Shown: one piece after another, positions 32,285-45,855 of the stretch | Position numbering within the stretch: the first letter of the stretch is position 1 | Layout: each line of letters opens with the position of its first letter | Assembly (NCBI GenBank): GCA_023645945.1 | Contig: JALAIB010000018.1 | Coordinates: forward strand, 1-48,384 | Source of the DNA: Diploschistes diacapsis | Lineage: Eukaryota | Direction of reading: 5' to 3' | Length of the DNA: 48,384 nucleotides | The notes under the pieces: generated by a model | What the model was told of the DNA's origin: nothing | Database searches by the model: none | Seen by the model: only the letters and a program-made list of their open reading frames with translations | Translations under genes and position numbers: made by a program

Positions 32285-35200
32285 TCAGTCCCCCTCCCAC
32301 CCGCCATATCCGAAATCCGGCCTCCACTCCTGCCCCGGATACGCCGTGCTGCTCATGACGATCTCGTCGTCGCTTTCGTCGGCACCCGCTTCGTGACGCA
32401 CCGTACCCTGGCTTGTTTCCCGGGGCTCGTCCTTCATCTTCTCTACTGGCGACATGTGGCGCGGCATTGTCGCGGCCGTGGGTGCTGGCCTCCCCCCGCC
32501 TCCGAGAGATGCATCTGCTACTACTATGGGCTGAGGAGTTGTATCTTCAATTGCGGACACACGAGGTTGTGGCGCTTGCGAACTAGCCGGTATTGCCGAT
32601 TTCTGGGGAGAGGAGCTTGTGACGGTCATTGTGCTTGTGATCGTCGGCGCATGCGTGGTAGTGTTTTGTGGCGACGAGCTCATTGCCGAGTCGGTAAGCT
32701 TGGGAGCTGCTGACAGACTTTCTCGGGGTGATTTGAGCTGCTGTCCCACGAGGTTCTGTGTCTTTAGAGGCGGCAAGCTTTGCCGGTACGATGACCTGCT
32801 AGGCTTAGGTGATGAAGTGGAGCTCACCGACTGCTGTAGTCCCTGCGAGCTGGACGATCCGTCTTGTTTCAGTCTGCTAGGCTGGCTCGGGCTGGATAGA
32901 CGCTTGTGCTGTGTCGTCGTAGTGGTTGTAGTGGTTGTGATAGGCAAGCTGGAGAACGTGACCTTTGTAGGCACAGTAGACTGGCGTTTGCCGCGTTGCG
33001 GGCCGCTAGTTGGGCGCTTGGTCGAAGAGTATCGCTTGTCTTTGGGTGGTGGTGGAGGAGGCGTTTCTATATCGAAGAGATTGCTATCGATTGAGCGGAT
33101 GGTTTGCCGCCTTGGCGATGGGGGTTTGGTGGTTTCCAAAGATAAATCAAGGGGTGCTGAAGCTGACCGGTTGTGGGACTGTTTTTGAAACTGTGCTGAG
33201 ATCGAGTCTCGCTCTGGCGATGGGGGTGTGGTAGTTTCAAAAAGTATATCATGGGTTGCGGAGGGTGACCGATTTGGGAACGGTTCTAGAAACTGCGTGG
33301 AGATCGAATCTCTTTTCCTTGGCGCCATGGCCACCGCATATGCAGCCAGCGGTATGCTTGATTGTAGGCTGCGGTTGGCTGTGGTTGAAGGCTCTGGTCC
33401 ATGGTCATGCTGTTGTGAAAAACGCACCGGCGCTTGCGAAGCTCCGTAGTAGCCTTCCACGGGGTCCCTGGCGTAGAATTCAGGCGGAAAGACAGACTTA
33501 TAGTCATTATCTGCCTGACCAGCATCAGATTCTATACGTTTGTGACTGATGACAGCATTCTGAATTGGTCCCCGGCCTTGCGGAACAGGTTCCTGAGTGC
33601 TGGAACTATCTGGGCTATATGCTTTCTGCTGGACTGCTTGCTGAAGAGGGACGACGCGATGGGATTGCTCAAGGGTGCTTTTAAATATCGGTTTTTCGAA
33701 CGGCTCTGGTGATGTAAAATGGTTCTTTTCAGGACTCGAACGCTGACGTCTTGGGCCTGCCTTATTGATAAAGCTCTGATGAAACGTTAGTGACTTTGAG
33801 GCTTTGATCATTACGATTCTGTGCCTATGCCAAGATCTCGGAATATAAGAGTGCCATGAATACCAGCAGATCAGTGTACAGACAGCTTCTTTCAAAAGGG
33901 AGACGCCATGCTGAAAAGTTTCACGAGAGAAAAGTCACTTACGCTGAGACCCAGGAACCTGGCCTTCTTCTTTTCTCCAAGTGAATTTGGTGTGACCGTT
34001 GCTGCTCGTTGCAGATTCTCCCGCGGCGGCTCGGTAATCGGTTGTGGGCTGGATGTCTTTCTGTCCGCTGCAAAATCCGAACTGTAACTTTGCATGTCCG
34101 TGCCAGCTCTTTTGTGAAGGCTTGGATGCGACCGTGTACTGCTTTCCAAACCTTTAATACCAAGATTGCCGAGAAGACTGGATCTCTGCTTCTTTTTTGA
34201 TGCAGTAGCTTGCGGAGTTGATACTGCAGTACTAGGAGTTAGAGGCGCATTCTGCTGCATCGGAAAAAGGCTGGGGCGGGCAGCAACGAGCGGTTGAGAA
34301 GCGCTTCTCCCCGTCGTGTTTGGAAACAGGGAAATGGAGGGCTGCTTTTTATGGTCTTGCTGTTTCATTACTCGAAATGTGTCCGCCGGGATTGTTGGGC
34401 TATCGAGTTGCTCGACGTCGTATTTCGGGGTGTCTCGTGTTGAAGTCCTCCGTAACGAAGATTTGGTGCTAGCCGAGCGAGATTGCCTATCTCTCATCTG
34501 GGAAGACGCGGACATGGATCTACTAGACTGGCGCATAGTAGCTTGTTCATCTGACTCTACTGATACCACTTGATCCAGGTCTCTTTCTGGAGAATCAAAA
34601 GCAGTCTTATCAAAAGTGCTCCGAGACTCCCGAATATGTCTCAGTCTATGAGGCGTTACTGGAGCTTGTAGAGCAAGGCCCTCGGCTTGCATGTCCGTGA
34701 ATTGAATGAAAGAGAGTGAGCTGGCGCGATTGCCTCGTCCACCATGTGCCTCTCCGACGTCTAGTAGCTGCTCGGCTGGAGTCCGTTCGGGATCAATAGC
34801 ATGGTCTGTGCTTGCTGGAACATCGTAAGGCTCCAGGTGGGCGTTCTTTTCTAGCCCGTTAGATAGCGGATTATCCCTGCAGCCTGAGTCGTCGAATGTC
34901 CGCGGTGGGTAATCGGCTTGTGTTGGCGTTTCCTCCTCGGTAGCATTGCGTTTGGGATCGTTGGGATATGCCGGCAGATTTCGGAACTCGGCTGGAATGA
35001 TAAGGTCTGGAGGGAAAGAGTCCTGAAACGGCATCATTTGCTTCTCGTGCACCGTCAACCTGCTTTGGAAGTCGGATGCGGAGGGTCCATAGGCACTTAC
35101 GGACGCCCTCTTATTCGTATGCGACGCTCGCTTTTGCTGCAATGCTCTTCCGTTCTCAAACGAGGCTTCAGCTGAGATGGGGCTGTCAGGTGCGGCATCT

Positions 35201-38200
35201 GAAGCACGTGGTATTTCCGATCTTTCCCTGTTCTCCTCTCCTGTTATGGGCGAATCTACCTGATCAAAGGGCGGTGGAATAGGGCAAGCAAGGTCAGGAC
35301 TAGGTGGGGATTCTATAACGGAGGGCTCTGTAAAGCTTTGAGGAGTCGGCGGAATGTGGCTGGTGGGAACCTGGTGTGTGGGTATCGGTAGCGTAGATGT
35401 TTCCGGACTCCAAGGCGAAGAAGAATCTGCGCCTATTGGTGGCGTATTCGAAGCTGAATCTGAAGGCTTTCGAGACTTCTTGGGGGCCTGTGATGACAAA
35501 GCGGTCAATCACTTACACTCCAGAAACGCAAAAAATGCATGGAAGAGATTCAATTTCCTAACGACGATAGGTACATTATCTGATCATGGGCCTTTAAGCC
35601 CGTTCAGCGTACATTCAGCTCCCTCAACAGACCTGCTATCATCCAAAGCATACGGTCGGAAGGGATAAAGAAATCGTAAGAAAAAAAAGTTCAATCTACC
35701 TTATCGCCGCCCAGTCCCCTTAATTTGCTTCTTCCCTTCGAAAAGAAACCTTTTGTCGCGCTGCCAGCTTTACCACCGAAAACTCCGGCCGTATGAATCA
35801 AGTCTTTGCCCTTTTGAGACGTCGTCTTTCCTGCTCCTGGTGGGAAGGAAGACTTCAATACTTGCGACTGCAGAGGACGTTGTGAACCAGAGTTTGGGTT
35901 GGACGAAGCTTGAATAGGTCTGGCGTTTGGTCCAAAACAGCCGCCGTTGCGTATCAAATCCGAATGCTCTGGTAGGGTGCTGATGGTTGCTTGTATCCAG
36001 TCTGCCAACCCAGTATTCATGTTGGCGAACTGCGTCCTCGTAGCATCGTATGTACGAAGTCTTTCGTCGACGTCTTTAATTGCCATTATCTCCCGGAAAG
36101 CCGGAATTTTAGCTTGTTGAGACGACTGAGGTGGAGTTTCGCTCGGCACTGTTTCCTGTGAAGGTTCAACAAAGGCTGGATATTCTGATCGGAAGCTGTC
36201 GCGCTGTCCAGGCACATCATAGGCCGACTCCGCTGGACCCTGTGGTAGCTGCTTGTTAAGGTCAGGCATGCTACTGGATGATGGAGTATGCTCGTGTGCT
36301 ACTGCAACCGGCGGACGAGGTAGCGGTGACTCGGCAGTAATCTCATTTCTCAGATTGTTTGCCGCAGTGTCCGATGCTTGGGACGGATTATTTTGGGAAG
36401 TGGCCTCTGCTGGGCCTTCCCAGGAAAACTTGTGTGACATCCTTCGTGGTTGTTGAGGCATTAACGTTTCTCCGGTTTGACTGGAGTAGGATGATGCGTC
36501 TTCCGGTTGGTCCTTCCTGGACTGTACTTCGTTCGGCACTGCTTGGTGCCCTTGATTACCAGAGAATTGTCGCTGATGGAGTGGCTGTGGGTGAGGCTGC
36601 ATCGGATGTGATGTGTTTTGCGCTGGCTGGAACTGGCTTTTTTGCACTGGAGGTGAACCGGCGGGAAGAGAACCTAGCTCGCTCGCCTTTCGACTCGATT
36701 CGCCACCTTCGGGGGCAGCGTTCCAGTAACTCTCATACTCGCTTGGAAGGAACATACTTTCGTGCGCACGAGCTTGACTTGGAGAATCCTGGTTGTGTAC
36801 CGGTGATTCGGATACTTGATTGAAACTCTCCACTTGAGGACTAAGCTCTCGCACCAACTCTTTCCTCAGCCGATCACTTTCCAGGTCGTTCGGACTGCTT
36901 TCGGTACTCATATCGTCGTATGCCCTTGTCTTCTCCAGCTGGGGGAGATCTTTGAGATTCCCTTGTTTGGCTCTCTGGTTAAGCGGTGTAATTGGAGCAA
37001 AATACTCTTCATTGCCTTCTCTATCTGAAGTCTCGGACTTCATGTACGTAGGTGTCGGGACAATGCTTGACGGAGCGTCAGACTCGCTACGAGGGAGCGG
37101 AAGTCTCTGTGCTTCGGGACGCATTGCCGATCCTTTTGTCGGAATTGATCGAGGCTCTTCAAGCTTAGCCGTTGGTTGACCGTCGTTGTCGTTGGGTTCG
37201 GGCATGAAGCCAACGGCGGTGGCAAGCGCACCGGCAAGAGCTGTACGGGCTGCTGCCGCTGCGGCAAAAGGATCGTTTGCTCCTGGGGTTGTGGTTTCGG
37301 ACTCGTGCTTAGGCTGCTGGCCCGGAACATTCGACAGGTATGAAGGCCAAGCTCCAGGAAGCTGGGGCCTGAAGCTCTGCTGGGTGTCGAGATTAGGTCG
37401 TTGCGATACGTCGGCCTTCTCTCGCAACGAAGATTCGGAGCCCTTGCGGCTATTGCTTGCGCTGTCCAGCTTGTCCACTAGATCACGCACCCTTCCCTTT
37501 GTAGGAGAACCAGCGCGGCTGGGAGAATTCGGCTCTTCATGCGCTACCCTATTGCTAGTAGAATTGGTATTATATGAGGCGGTAGTAGGTGTAATCGTTT
37601 CGAGCTCAGCTTCCTGTGGTGACTGTAACTGTCGATTGACTTCAACGTTCGGCGTTCTCGCAGGGCTGTTGTCTGGACTGGGCGTGCTAATATTGCGTCG
37701 GTGGCCTTGCTTCAATGCTTGTAAAGATTCTCTGGAAGCTGTTCGCTCTCCAACCACAGCCCAGGACGCGACTGCAATCCCTGGTCGTGGTGTAGTTGGA
37801 GGCTCCTCGGGTATGGAAGTTATTGAAGGTATATCCTTTTTGGGCGGAGCGACTGCACCACTCGTATTACGGCTGATGATCGGGCTGATATCATTCGTGC
37901 TTTCGCTGTTGCTTCTGTCAAGGTTGGACCCAGATGCTGACGAGGGCGTAGGAGGTATTTGCGAGTCAAAAGCTTGATTGACAGCTGATCGGAAACCCAA
38001 AGATGGCTCATGATGTAGGGAAGAATTGGGTGATGGATTCGTAATTTTGGAATCGGGTTCTGCCGGTTCCGCTCTCGTTGGCTGCGAAGGCTTCGCTAAA
38101 GCTTCGGGAATTGTGTCAAATTCAATGGGCGTCTGGGAAACTGGTTCTATCTTAGCAGGCCCAGCTTTCACTTCGGCTCCTCCGGAAACAGAGAGTGACT

Positions 38201-39341
38201 CTGTTCGTCCCTCTCCGGCTTCTGTATCTCCAGGCAACGACATGAATGAATCTCCAAACCCTTGCCCGAAACCTTCGAAGCCACCAATTTCGGGCAAGAC
38301 TAGGCTGTCCTTTGGTCCCGCAGGTTTGATGCTCGGCTTCGTGTTGGTCGCCACCAGCAATCCTTCTATACCGTGCTCGCTTTTCCGCTCAGCCACAGAC
38401 TCAAGACCTTGCTTTTTCTGCTTTCTCTCGTTATCACTAGCATTGGCTGGCGAAGGTTCCGGAGCTTGAATACTATCCATGCTTGGCCTGGAAGACTCTT
38501 GTGAGAGGCGCTCCCTTTCCTTCTTTCCTTTCATGCGAGCATAAATATCCGCAGGTCGAATAATTGTAGGGGTAGAAACATTTTGCTGAGATGTGCCATG
38601 GGTTTGAGAGCCACCCAAAGGCATGTTCGTCTGCGGCGGTGCTATTGACCCAGGCTGACCTCTATCTGACTGACTAAGGCTACTCTTTCGCGGTGGGCGG
38701 GCTTGTAGTGGTTGGGGAGCCGCAGAAGGGTACGAAAATTCAAGCTGCTGAGGATTAGCTGCAGATGAGCTCGTCATGGATTGTGACCGGCTGCTGTCGC
38801 TCCAGGGAGCTCGGTTGGGAATGCCTTGACCGCTTGTGGATGGAGCTTGCTCGAAGCTCGGTTGAGCCTGTTGCTGCATTCCATGAGCATCGGAAGGCGC
38901 GCGTGGTCTGTTTGGAGTCGGAAAGGGAGTCGCGCGACCTCTATCCACCAGCGGCTGGGTGAACGATGGGTTAGAAGGTCCTGAAAAGCCTCGACGATCG
39001 TCACCTCTTCCAAATGAGTTTGTTCTTTGCCGATCGGACTGCTGAAACGGTGGTTCCGGTTGCCCTAGTGGACGAGTGTCTTGGATTTGCTGCGGAGGAA
39101 ACGGTTGCACTTGTTGCGGCGGAACGTTGCTCATACCAGCAGCACCTTTGCCGGCTTGCCTTAATCCTGTAGGCTTTGGCGGAGGCTCTGGCTCGTCGTC
39201 ATATCCACCATCATACTCTCCGTATTCGTCTGCCTCTCCCCAATCATCACCATCGTATGTGTAGGACTTTGCTTCCACCCATCTCTTAGTCTTTGCTCGG
39301 TTGACGTTTGTCTTCCAATTCGTTGCCCCGCCAGAACTCAT
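32285..39341 (-). CDS. Large intrinsically disordered conserved fungal protein with FYV8-like N-terminus, ~2225 aa; exons 39341-35700, 35487-33943, 33775-32285
   Basis: N-terminal WKTNVNRAKTKRWVEAKSYTYDGDDW; conserved islets ESDRLRKELVREL, FLPSEYESYW, IPAFREIMAI, GKDLIHTAGVFGGKAG; C-terminal EIVMSSTAYPGQEWRP. Phase-0 introns 35699-35488 (GTAGAT..ATTGAC..CAG) and 33942-33776 (GTAAGT..ACTAAC..CAG) join three long ORFs in frame. Confidence 0.82.
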
Positions 39342-40282
39342 TGTGCTTGCAACTCAGTGATTACTTCGAGACGTAAGCAGACCGGTCTAGGTTCTGGATG
39401 AAGGAGGTTGACAGTCTGCTTATCGGGTAGCTTGCACCAGGCGTCAAATCATGGGAAAGCCAACATCGCTTCTACCAATGCTGGAACTCAGGTGCTTGAG
39501 CTTCTCAATTCCAACTTCTTGCGACTAGCTCCATTGTATTGGAATACGACAAAGCTTTTCAATAGTAAATGGATCAGACTATGATAACGCCGCAACAAAA
39601 GAAAGTGGAAATTGATCGGCAGAAGGTGAGCAGGTTTAGGTTCGGAGCCAAGGACAGAGACGTGAGGCGATCTTTTTTACTGCCCTTGAACTGGCGCGAT
39701 GGGCAATCTGCACAGCCACATTGGACCTTCCCCCTCGGACGTGTTCTCGCCGTATTCCCAGATTAGACTGAGTGCAGTGCTTTAAATAGAGATTGTTTAT
39801 CGCTCTACTAATTCTCTCTGAGCCCACGTACCGATTGAAAGACGTTGTCTCTTTTGAGTGCTCTATACAACTTGTATCGAGACGATGTTTCTATGGGGGT
39901 GTATGTCACTGAGTGGCACGGCCTGACAGCTGTCAAAGTTGGGCCGTAAATTTCGAATGACCACTGACTTGATCGTCATCGTATCTTGTTGCGGGTCGAG
40001 ATATTCCCTACTACGACATCTCTAGTAAGCAAAACCTACAATACCTCCACCAATATCCTGCTTAAGATGTAAGATGGCGGCCTCAAACTTCGGGCAAGGG
40101 GGGACTCCTTTGATTCTACCGAGGCTCTTTCAATGCTCTGCTAGATATCTTGACACTAGAATTAAGTATGTACATAAACTTAAGTAAAGATTATCGATAC
40201 CGTCCAATTCCGCAGTGACCCGCAGCCAGGACGAGCTATTAGCCTCAGGCTTCGGTGAGCCGTAGCTCTATTATAAAGTCCA

Positions 40283-42665
40283 TCAAATCATTCCACCCAT
40301 TGGCATCCCTCCTCTACCGCCCCTTCCAGGCCCCCGGCCATCTCTTCCCGCCGGTAGTTCAAAGTCTGGATTGTTTACCAGTAGGAAATCTCTTTGCTGC
40401 TGCGGCGGTGGTCCTCGATTGGGCACGCCGCCCGTTGCGTATCCCCGGTGCTCAGCTTGCCATTGCGGATTAACTCCTCGCTCGGAGATAGACGTGAAAT
40501 TGCTGTTCTCGCTGGATGGTCCGTCCTGGACAGAATCGTATGAAGGAGTGGTCTGAAGCGGGCGCGGTTGTGTGTCATGAACATACGGGTCTCCCATTTG
40601 TCCTCCGGGCATGAGGACGGTCGGTATATTTGGCCGAGGTGCTTGGTCCACGAATCGGGGGTCTACATCTTCGTAATAATCGTCGCTAGACATTTGAGCC
40701 TTCGAAGGAGCAGGAACCGAAGACTCATGGATTTTTGGTGGCGATCTCCGATCAGCCACAGGCGTCCCAGTTGTCCGTGGAGGGGTTGCTGTTCGAGCGG
40801 GTCCATCTTCCCAGGCGGTTCTTGGCGGTACGTAGCTGTTGCTGTTAGCTTGGATAGCTGAGTAGCTGTTTGGGCGGACTTGCTCCTGTTGCGAGCTGTA
40901 TGCGCCGGAGATGTGAGAGTCCAGCTGCTCGGCTTCCCTACTCCGCTGAAGACCGACTAAGCCCTGAACTTCGCTGTCGCTGTCCCTCAACGGTTGCATT
41001 TGCATTGGAATTCCAAAGGTCGGAGAAGGCGGGTTCGCCGGACTACCGGTATGCTCGTCCATCTCGATGGCCTGTCCGATCACGGCTGGCTCATGCTCCA
41101 GTTGTTGCGGTGGATGATGGATTGGCAGAGGTGGAGGAGATTCAGCTCTACCGAAACGGCCTTCGGGCGGAGTTGGCTGACGTGCACCATAGCCATAGGC
41201 GGCATTGTAAGCTCCCGGAGCCGAAGGTGGTCCCGGGGATGGCTGGCGGCCGTAGCCTGGTGCAGATGGGGGCCCTGGAGATTGTCGTCTTCCATAGCCT
41301 GGTGCAGATGGAGGGCCGGGCGATTGATGTCTCCCATAGGGACCGGGGCCTGCATATGCAGCATTGTACGATCCGGGTGGCAGCGGGCCTTGTCTGCCAG
41401 GCGGTGGCTGCCCATAGGGGTTGCTGTAGCCAGGAGGCGGACCTCGTCCCCTGCCCATCATTTCTCCTGCCATCATGCCAGCTCCGGCGCCTGCAGCCAT
41501 CGTTCCCATGGGCATGCCGCCGCGGCCGCCCGGCCCCCCAGGTCCTCCTCTTCCATAGCCGCGAGCCGGAAATCCTCCTCTCCCTCTACCTCTGTGACCC
41601 ATCGACTCGTTGGAGGGTCGTCTTTGCGCATATTCTGCCTCATCTGCTGAGATCAGTGTTCCCGATGATACAAGAGGAGTTCCGTCCTCGTTTCTCAAGC
41701 CATTGTTAAGACCACCTCTCCCCATCAGCGGTGGCAGATTGCTTCTTGCTGCTCCCGGCCCGTATCGTTCCATACCGTCCAGTTCCATACTAGGTCTGAC
41801 GGTAGTAGAGCCGCTCACGCCAGTACCCGTCCGCGAGTAAGCGTTCAATGGCGTTCGGTCATCCTCACCGGCCGAGGACTTGTTCTCGAACGTTGCAAAT
41901 GCAGGCAAGTTATTTGCGCCCGGAGCGCCATTAACCATGGGGGCACTTGGTTGCTGCGACAAGGGTGGTGGTGAGCTGACCGGTTCTGATGGAGCGTTCT
42001 GGCGATGGTAGAAATTCTCCCCACTCATTTCTGCATTCTCGGCTATCCTCTTCTTCCTTGCCTTCCTGCTCACTATGGTCCTTCTCATAGCACAGGTCAA
42101 CACGCCCGATATCACAATTAGTATGAAGGCTGCGAGGACCACGTAACTACCCCATGCGAGATGTGGGGCGAAAAGGAGGACGTCAACGAGGAAGGCCAAA
42201 AGTGTTATAAGTACAGTTGGAATCATGAGAATAATAAGGCCCAGCAGGTAACGCGAGGAGTGTGCTGCGGTGTGCACATGCGACACAATGGCCAGAACCA
42301 AACATACGAGTGAAAGAAAGGCAGCGACCGGGTGAACAACGAGGAGGTCGGAAAGGGAAAGTCGAGCGTTCCCGGGCAGGCCGAGGAAGTCATTACTGTT
42401 TCCTGCGAAATCGTCTCGTCAGAACCAAAGCGCTGCGCGCTTTGCTGTCTTCAGAACTTCGGGGACACGATTGCATACCTGTTGAGTATCCAACCTTTAT
42501 GCCGCTGCACTCGCCCGACTGACACAGTCCGAACACGCCATAGTCGGTCCCTCCGAGTGAAGCGAGAGGAATGGCACGAACGATGGGTGTTGAAATGACC
42601 GACAGCAATAACAGAACGAAAGCTGCAAACAAGAGAATGGTGAGGGGTGTTGCCGGCCTCAGCAT
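40283..42665 (-). CDS. palI: pH-response membrane protein PalI/Rim9 (SUR7/PalI family); exons 42665-42479, 42402-40884, 40835-40283
   Basis: MLRPATPLTILLFAAFVLLLLSVISTP, YGVFGLC..C..IKVGY, LLVVHPVAAFL, HSSRYLL, LLAFLVDVLLFAPHLAWG, CAMRRTIVSRKARKKRIAENAEMSG, then a long G/P-rich tail. Intron 42478-42403 (GTATGC..CTGAC..CAG); probable GC-AG intron 40883-40836. Confidence 0.92.
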
Positions 42666-43527
42666 GGTTAGGATGGGGAGGTAAAGAGTGACGGGTCCGC
42701 CAGCGCTAAAGTATTCTAAAGGTCGTCGCAGTGCCAGCTGGGGGGCCTAGAGGAAGTGCAATGGTAGGAGAGTAAAGGTAGGTTGGAAATGGGTAAGTCA
42801 TGCTCTGATTGTCGCAGGATTAGTATGGTGCTGCCCGAGACCATGCGAGAAACAGAGGGTTGAGCTGGGGTGGATTAAGTGGCAGTCGAAGAGTGCATGG
42901 CGTGCGTGATGGGGCGGAACGAGCTGAATGGACCATGGAATAGATCTTATAGATGATGGATGTCAATCTACATGAAGTTGGGAAATGGTAGAATATGAAG
43001 GTGAGATCGCGTGGTAGCGGGTAAGAAGGATTGGTGGTAGTGGGACGAGGACGATAGCGCACAGGGGAAAGCTTGGAAGTGAAGAAGAAAGCGAATGGGG
43101 GGGCTTTAAAGGGGGCGGCGGCTTAAAGGGGGGCCCCGGGTATCTATCTGCACGTAAGAGCCTTACAACTAGAACCCTTTCCCCGGGACAAGATGATGAT
43201 GACAGAGGAGTCAAGTTTAAGCGGCGCAGGAAAGGAAAGGAAAGGAGGAGGTTCAGCCCCGCCAGAGATATCTTAGACTCTGAAGAGCCTCTCTCTCTGG
43301 TCGTTCCGTTATCATGATATTATGATAGGGTGTCAAGAATATCTATCGAATATCTATCTGAAACAGAGATACATACGAGCGAGGTGATTTAAAAGTGCAC
43401 CCGCCACCAAATTGCGCAGCCTCATTGGGACTAGCAGCCCACCAAGCTTGCAAACTCGATAGATGGGACGTCATATAGAGATAGAGATAGCACTAGATAG
43501 CCCTCGCCCATTCGCCCAGGCTTTTCC

Positions 43528-44771
43528 TCATACAGCATTTCCAGCCATCTTCTCCGTTTCCTCTGGCTGTACTGTCGGTAAACGTGTCGAGGATTCCCCA
43601 ACGTTGAAATAGCGCCTCAAACCAAGGTGTGGCTGATTCAGCGGACTATCTGGTCCTGTATAGATAAACAAATCGTACAGGAAGCCTCCCCACATACAGC
43701 CACAGAAGGAAGCGACCATAGGAACCCAGAAATAGTAGTCTCCGGCACTCCAGACTTCGTATGGATACCCTACAGCGTACGACATGAGACGAGGACCAAA
43801 GTCTCGAGCGAGATTGATGGCGTATCCTGTCTCCCAGCCGAAGCAAGCCCCAAGTCCGAAAATCAGAAAGAACAGCGCAAGGGGGAAGAATTTCCCAGCA
43901 CCAGATTTGCCCATAGCCCCCTGATTGGACTCATCCTTGAGGGCGAAAATAACAAACATCAGTATCGAAGCGGTCACGAATTCCGAGAGAAACTGCATGC
44001 CCTTGGTTAGAAACGGCTGAGGATAGGTGCAAAAAATTCCTGCTGTTGCCGTTTTGCTGGGCGGAGCAGTCCTTATACCAGGGCCCTCCAGAGTATCGAT
44101 GGCAGAATAGTAATTTGCATATACGACGCCAGAACCTGCGAACGCTCCCAGGACCTGCACAAACATGTATATAGGGAATCGTCGCCATGGCAGATTCCTG
44201 TAGAAGCAGAACGCGAAGGTGACAGCAGGGTTTAAAAAACCTCCTGAATCACCAGCGGTATATATACCAAGCATAACGCCCAGTCCCCATCTACTTGAAA
44301 TTAGTGCTGCCGCTACATTGGGGTGCACCGGCCAACTTACCCCCATGAAATGGATTGATACGGTCCGAAACCATCTCCTCCGGGCGCCCCTTTCTCTCCG
44401 CCACTGAGCAGGACCTGTGCTACACTGCCGCAACCAAACAGAATCATGACAAAGGTACCCCAGAACTCAGCAAACGGCTCGCGGCAGATGGTCCTCACGC
44501 GAGGCCACCACAGATCGTGATGCCCTACGGAGACGCTGTGTTCTTCATGTACAGGATGCTCTGCTGCAAGACCCAATCGCGTTCTAATTTTGGCATGGCG
44601 GTGTCTATGATGAAGATGGGAAAAGTGGTGACTGTGATGATGCTGGGCAGAGGCATCCTCTCGTTGCTGGATCGGTATTGCTCTAGCCTGTTGAGGTGCA
44701 TAACGGGTATGCTCGGTTTTGATGTTTTCTTGGTAGTCCAATGAAGGACTCTGTTTGACACGTGTGGACAT
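43528..44771 (-). CDS. Aquaglyceroporin (MIP family), 397 aa; exons 44771-44341, 44290-43528
   Basis: REPFAEFWGTFVMILFG, SGGFLNPAVT (NPA), TAGIFCTYP, GWETGYAINLARDFGPRL (NLA), YFWVP. Intron 44340-44291 (GTAAGT..ACTAAT..TAG) restores ISWGWGLGVMLG. Confidence 0.95.
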
Positions 44772-45855
44772 TGTGACTATGGGTGAACCCTCGGCTCTAC
44801 CTTGGGAAGCCCAACTTGTTGCACTATAGCCCGCAAGAAGAGCGCGGATCGAAATCGCAACGTCCCAGGAATAGCGAAAACCGGAGATCGGTCGTATACA
44901 GCTTGCTCTGGCGAGATGAAGAGCTAGCGAAGTTTGCACCCCATGTCTTCCAATTGGCCTCTTACAGAACACTCAGAGTATTCAAGCTTGAGGTCAGATA
45001 GGTGCGAAAGCTCTTCTTTAAGACGCTCCTCACGACCTCCACACCAACGGTGCAGCAATAATAGGGCCGGGAAGATGGGAGGAGGAGCAAAGGGCCCATT
45101 ATGTCAGTCTTCGGCAACAGAACCGTTTTCGATAAGAAAACTGAACACAAGTCCTACCAACCCACCTGCAGCGTCACATTACACCTGGAAGCCCACATCA
45201 TATCCTTTCGAAGCCTGCCAGAAAAAGCGGGGAAAGCTTCAAGTTCCTGCGCTTCGTCGGACGAGGCCGCGTTTAGGTTAGAGAATGACAAATTGTTGCG
45301 GCAGTTCAATAAACAACTATTCCTCATATCACGTAACTTCGTTACCTCAGTCAGCACAGGCTGCAACACAAAAATCTGAATTCCCTTCATGTACAGGCAA
45401 TTTTAATGATAATTTGCGTACGCATTACCTCTTTTAGACACACCCACTTAGGAGCTCAAGGGATTCTTCTGACAACTTTTCTTGGGAGAGCTTCTAGTAT
45501 CTCAAATTTGTTGTGCAGTTGACCTGAAGCATCCCTCGAGCTCTTGTTCTTGCGATACCTAGGTAAGCCACTAGACCCGAGTAGGAGCGCCCTCGAGAGC
45601 GAACTAGAATCGGATTAGCTTGATCTGCGACGGTGCGGCAACTAAAGATCCCGACACGGACTATTGCCGGGTCCGATGCGCCTGCTGAGATGAAGGCATC
45701 ATCGTGAATTTGGCATGAGCTCAAAGTCACAAAGAAATGCAAACAAAGATCTTGATAATCTTGAAAAAAGTTTCCTAACACAGCTATTCTAGTGGCGCCC
45801 ACTGTGAGTCGACGTTCTCTGAGCATCAAGCTACTTGAATCCTTGCGACGATGAG

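Noticed and set aside
43097..43140. Twice-repeated TTAAAGGGGG with STRE-like AGGGG upstream of palI
   Set aside because: Short, common motifs; plausible promoter elements but not distinguishable from chance without data.
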